From positions 17,484,001 to 17,548,000 of the forward strand of contig CDPCPM010000005.1 in NCBI GenBank assembly GCA_976551045.1: a stretch of DNA of 64,000 nucleotides, read 5' to 3'. Source of the stretch: Glaucostegus cemiculus (lineage: Eukaryota). Shown piece after piece: positions 61,800 to 64,000 of this stretch. The position numbers were made by a program, and so were the translations under genes. Each line of letters begins with the position of its first letter. The first letter of the stretch is position 1. The notes below the pieces were generated by a model. That model had not been told where the DNA came from. It saw nothing but the letters and a program-made list of their open reading frames with translations, and ran no database searches.

Positions 61800-62965
61800 T
61801 GACTCTCATGAATATGTAGGTGGGCTGATTAGTAAATCTGCAGGTGATGGAGTTGGTGGAGTTATAGATAGTGAAGAAGATTGTCAAAGGATACAGCAGG
61901 ATATAGATCAGTTGCAGATAAGGGTGGAGAAATGGCAATGGAGTTTTATCTGGGCAAGTGTGAAGTGTTGCACTTTGGGAGGTCAAAAGGGGAAAGTATA
62001 CAGTAAATGGCAGGAGCCTTAACCGCATTGATATACAGAGGGATCATGGGGTCGAGGTCCATAGCTTCCTGAAAGTGACAACACACTTTGATAGGGTAGT
62101 CAAGAAAGTGTGTGGCATGCTTGCCTTCGTGAGTTGGGGCATTGAGTATAAGAGTCAGGAAGTTGTGTTGCAGATGTATAAAACTTTGGTTAGGCCACAT
62201 TTGGAGTATTGTATACAGTTCTGGTCACCCTATTACAGGTGGAGGCTTTGGAGAGGGTGTAGAAGAGGTTCACCAGGATGTTCTCTGGATTAGAATATTA
62301 GCTGTAAGAAGAAGTTGGACAAGTTTGAATTGTTTTCTTGGGAGTAGCAGAAATTAAGGGGAGACCTGACGGAAGTTTATAAAATTATGAGGAATATGGG
62401 TAGTAGGTGGTCTTTTCCCAGGACAGACATGTCAAATACTAGAGGGCATAACTCTAAGGGTGGCGGGGGGGGGGAGTTAATGGATAAGTTTTTAAACATT
62501 GAGCAAATGGTAGATGCTTGGAATGCACTACAAGGGTGGAGATGGAAGCAGACATGATAGTGTCTAAGAAGCATTCAGACAGGCACATGAACATGCAGTA
62601 AATTAAATTTAAATTTTATTTACAGTGTGGTAACAGGCCCTTTCAGCCCAACGAGTCCGTGCCGCCCATTTTAAACCCCCAAATTCATCTACCCGTACGT
62701 CTTTCAGAATGTGGGAGGAAACCGGAGCACCCGGAGGAAACCCATGCAGACACGGGAGAACGCACAAACTCCTTACAGTCAGCGACGGGAATCGAACCCC
62801 GATCGCTGGCGCTGTAACAGCGTCGCGCTAACCGCTACACTATTGTGCCGCCCTTAATGAATGGGAATATGGATCGTAGGCAGATAGGATGAGTTTAATT
62901 TGGCATCATGGTCTGCACCGACATCGTGGTCTGAAGGGCCTGTTCCTGTGCTGTATTGTTCTGTG
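61800..62965 (+). mobile_element. CR1 3' fragment with nested SINE
   Basis: [16 protein letters not shown]; 3' stem GGTCTGAAGGGCCTGTTCCTGTGCTG. Confidence 0.85.
62600..62853 (-). mobile_element. Full-length, young tRNA-derived SINE
   Basis: GGGCGGCACAATAGTGTAGCGGTTAG (A box), GGTTCGATTCCC (B box), V-like core, CR1-like 3' stem, AT-rich tail; CpGs retained. Confidence 0.88.
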
Positions 62966-64000
62966 ATAATACTGTATATTAGATTAGAATAAAATTTGTT
63001 GCCTTTCCTCAAAATTACTACCAATTGGATAGATTATGAAATAAATTTCATGAATATTTTTGCTTGAATGGTTCAAATTCTCAAATCAGTTTAATGCAAT
63101 GTTCCATTTGCTATTTTAAAGTCTTAACCTAGTATTCTTGCATGGGAGGTATCTCCTTTATTTAACCACATTTCACACCTTCTGTAGTGCTGCTCCTTTC
63201 CAATTTTTTTTTCACAGGTTTGGGTTCTACTTTATGTACTAAATTTTATATTCTCTCAGTAATGCTTTGTTAAGTTTAAAAACCCACCAGTTTTGTTATT
63301 GCTGTGTTACCCACTTACAGCACTTTTTCTCCCTCCTTTCTACTCCCCATCTACTAACATACCTCCAGATAAAATGAGTGGGGGAATACTTGTACATTGT
63401 CTCTGACAGGATCTAATGATGACAGAATAATTTCCATTTTTGCTGTTTTGTTTTAAGTGCCCTGTTTATATGGTATTTGTGTTCATATATCACCATGTGT
63501 ACATATGAGGTAAAGCTCCCTGAGGCAGTGATTGACTGGCTGCTGAACTCCCTTGCAGGTACTACTTTGGTTGGATAAATTTATTGATGCCTTTGGACCA
63601 ACCCCTTCCACACATTTAAACTGGTACCTGAAATGTGAAACAAATGTTGTTTAATTTCCCTATGTACGCACTGTTAATACCAAGGTTTATTTCTTATGTA
63701 GAAAAGTTCATATTAAAAATAATGTTTTTTGTTCTACAGACTGCAGCTTCAATGCGCAAGATCTCTTCGTATTTTCAGCGGAAGTTGACTGATTGACCAT
63801 ATTGTGCAGCTGGGAATTATTGGCATAACCTAATGCTGAATTTAAAGCTTGCAGCACTCTTGATGAAATACTTATCCTCTGTGTGTAGTATTTCCTGTCT
63901 GCCATCTGTGATGGTGTATGGTTTTCATTAATTTCCTTGTGAAATAGAGTTCCGAATTTTTAATACCCTTTTTTTTGACTATTGTTCAACCACAGTTTGC

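Noticed and set aside
62770-62853. tRNA gene
   Set aside because: The tRNA-like head continues into a SINE body and tail; no complete cloverleaf
63960-64000. Possible acceptor for the last DTL exon (CCACAG|TTTGC)
   Set aside because: Only 5 nt are visible, and the expected PIP-box exon (human MRKICTYF) is not in the window; cannot be supported
1-64000. CRISPR array, operon or prokaryotic defence system; the many 60-110 aa ORFs
   Set aside because: The sequence is a spliced vertebrate locus with no spaced direct-repeat array; the short ORFs are antisense or off-frame to exons and TEs, or random, and many use non-ATG starts

Overview
Vertebrate genomic DNA, most likely a cartilaginous fish (shark or ray), inferred from the CR1, Rex1/Babar, Penelope and V-domain tRNA-SINE repertoire. 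The window holds two spliced genes arranged head to head on a 228-bp CpG-rich bidirectional promoter. INTS7 is on the minus strand: exons 1-16 were read by hand (2180 nt of CDS, frame continuous) and the 3' end lies off the left edge. DTL/CDT2 is on the plus strand: exons 1-14 (2076 nt, frame continuous), with the last exon not in view. INTS7 intron 15 is a GT-AG U12 (minor) intron. The introns are filled with retroelement debris. The most unusual structure is in DTL intron 1: a decayed Gypsy LTR/gag interrupted by a fold-back Penelope element, part of which is re-copied as a ~800-bp inverted repeat, giving nested hairpins. It is followed by a resolvable nest of four CR1 LINEs. Penelope-derived fold-backs carry minimal hammerhead ribozyme motifs in both arms. 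No prokaryotic systems, CRISPR arrays or true tRNA/rRNA genes are seen. Most entries in the ORF track are incidental or TE fragments. Repeat boundaries are by eye and approximate; exon boundaries were counted base by base.
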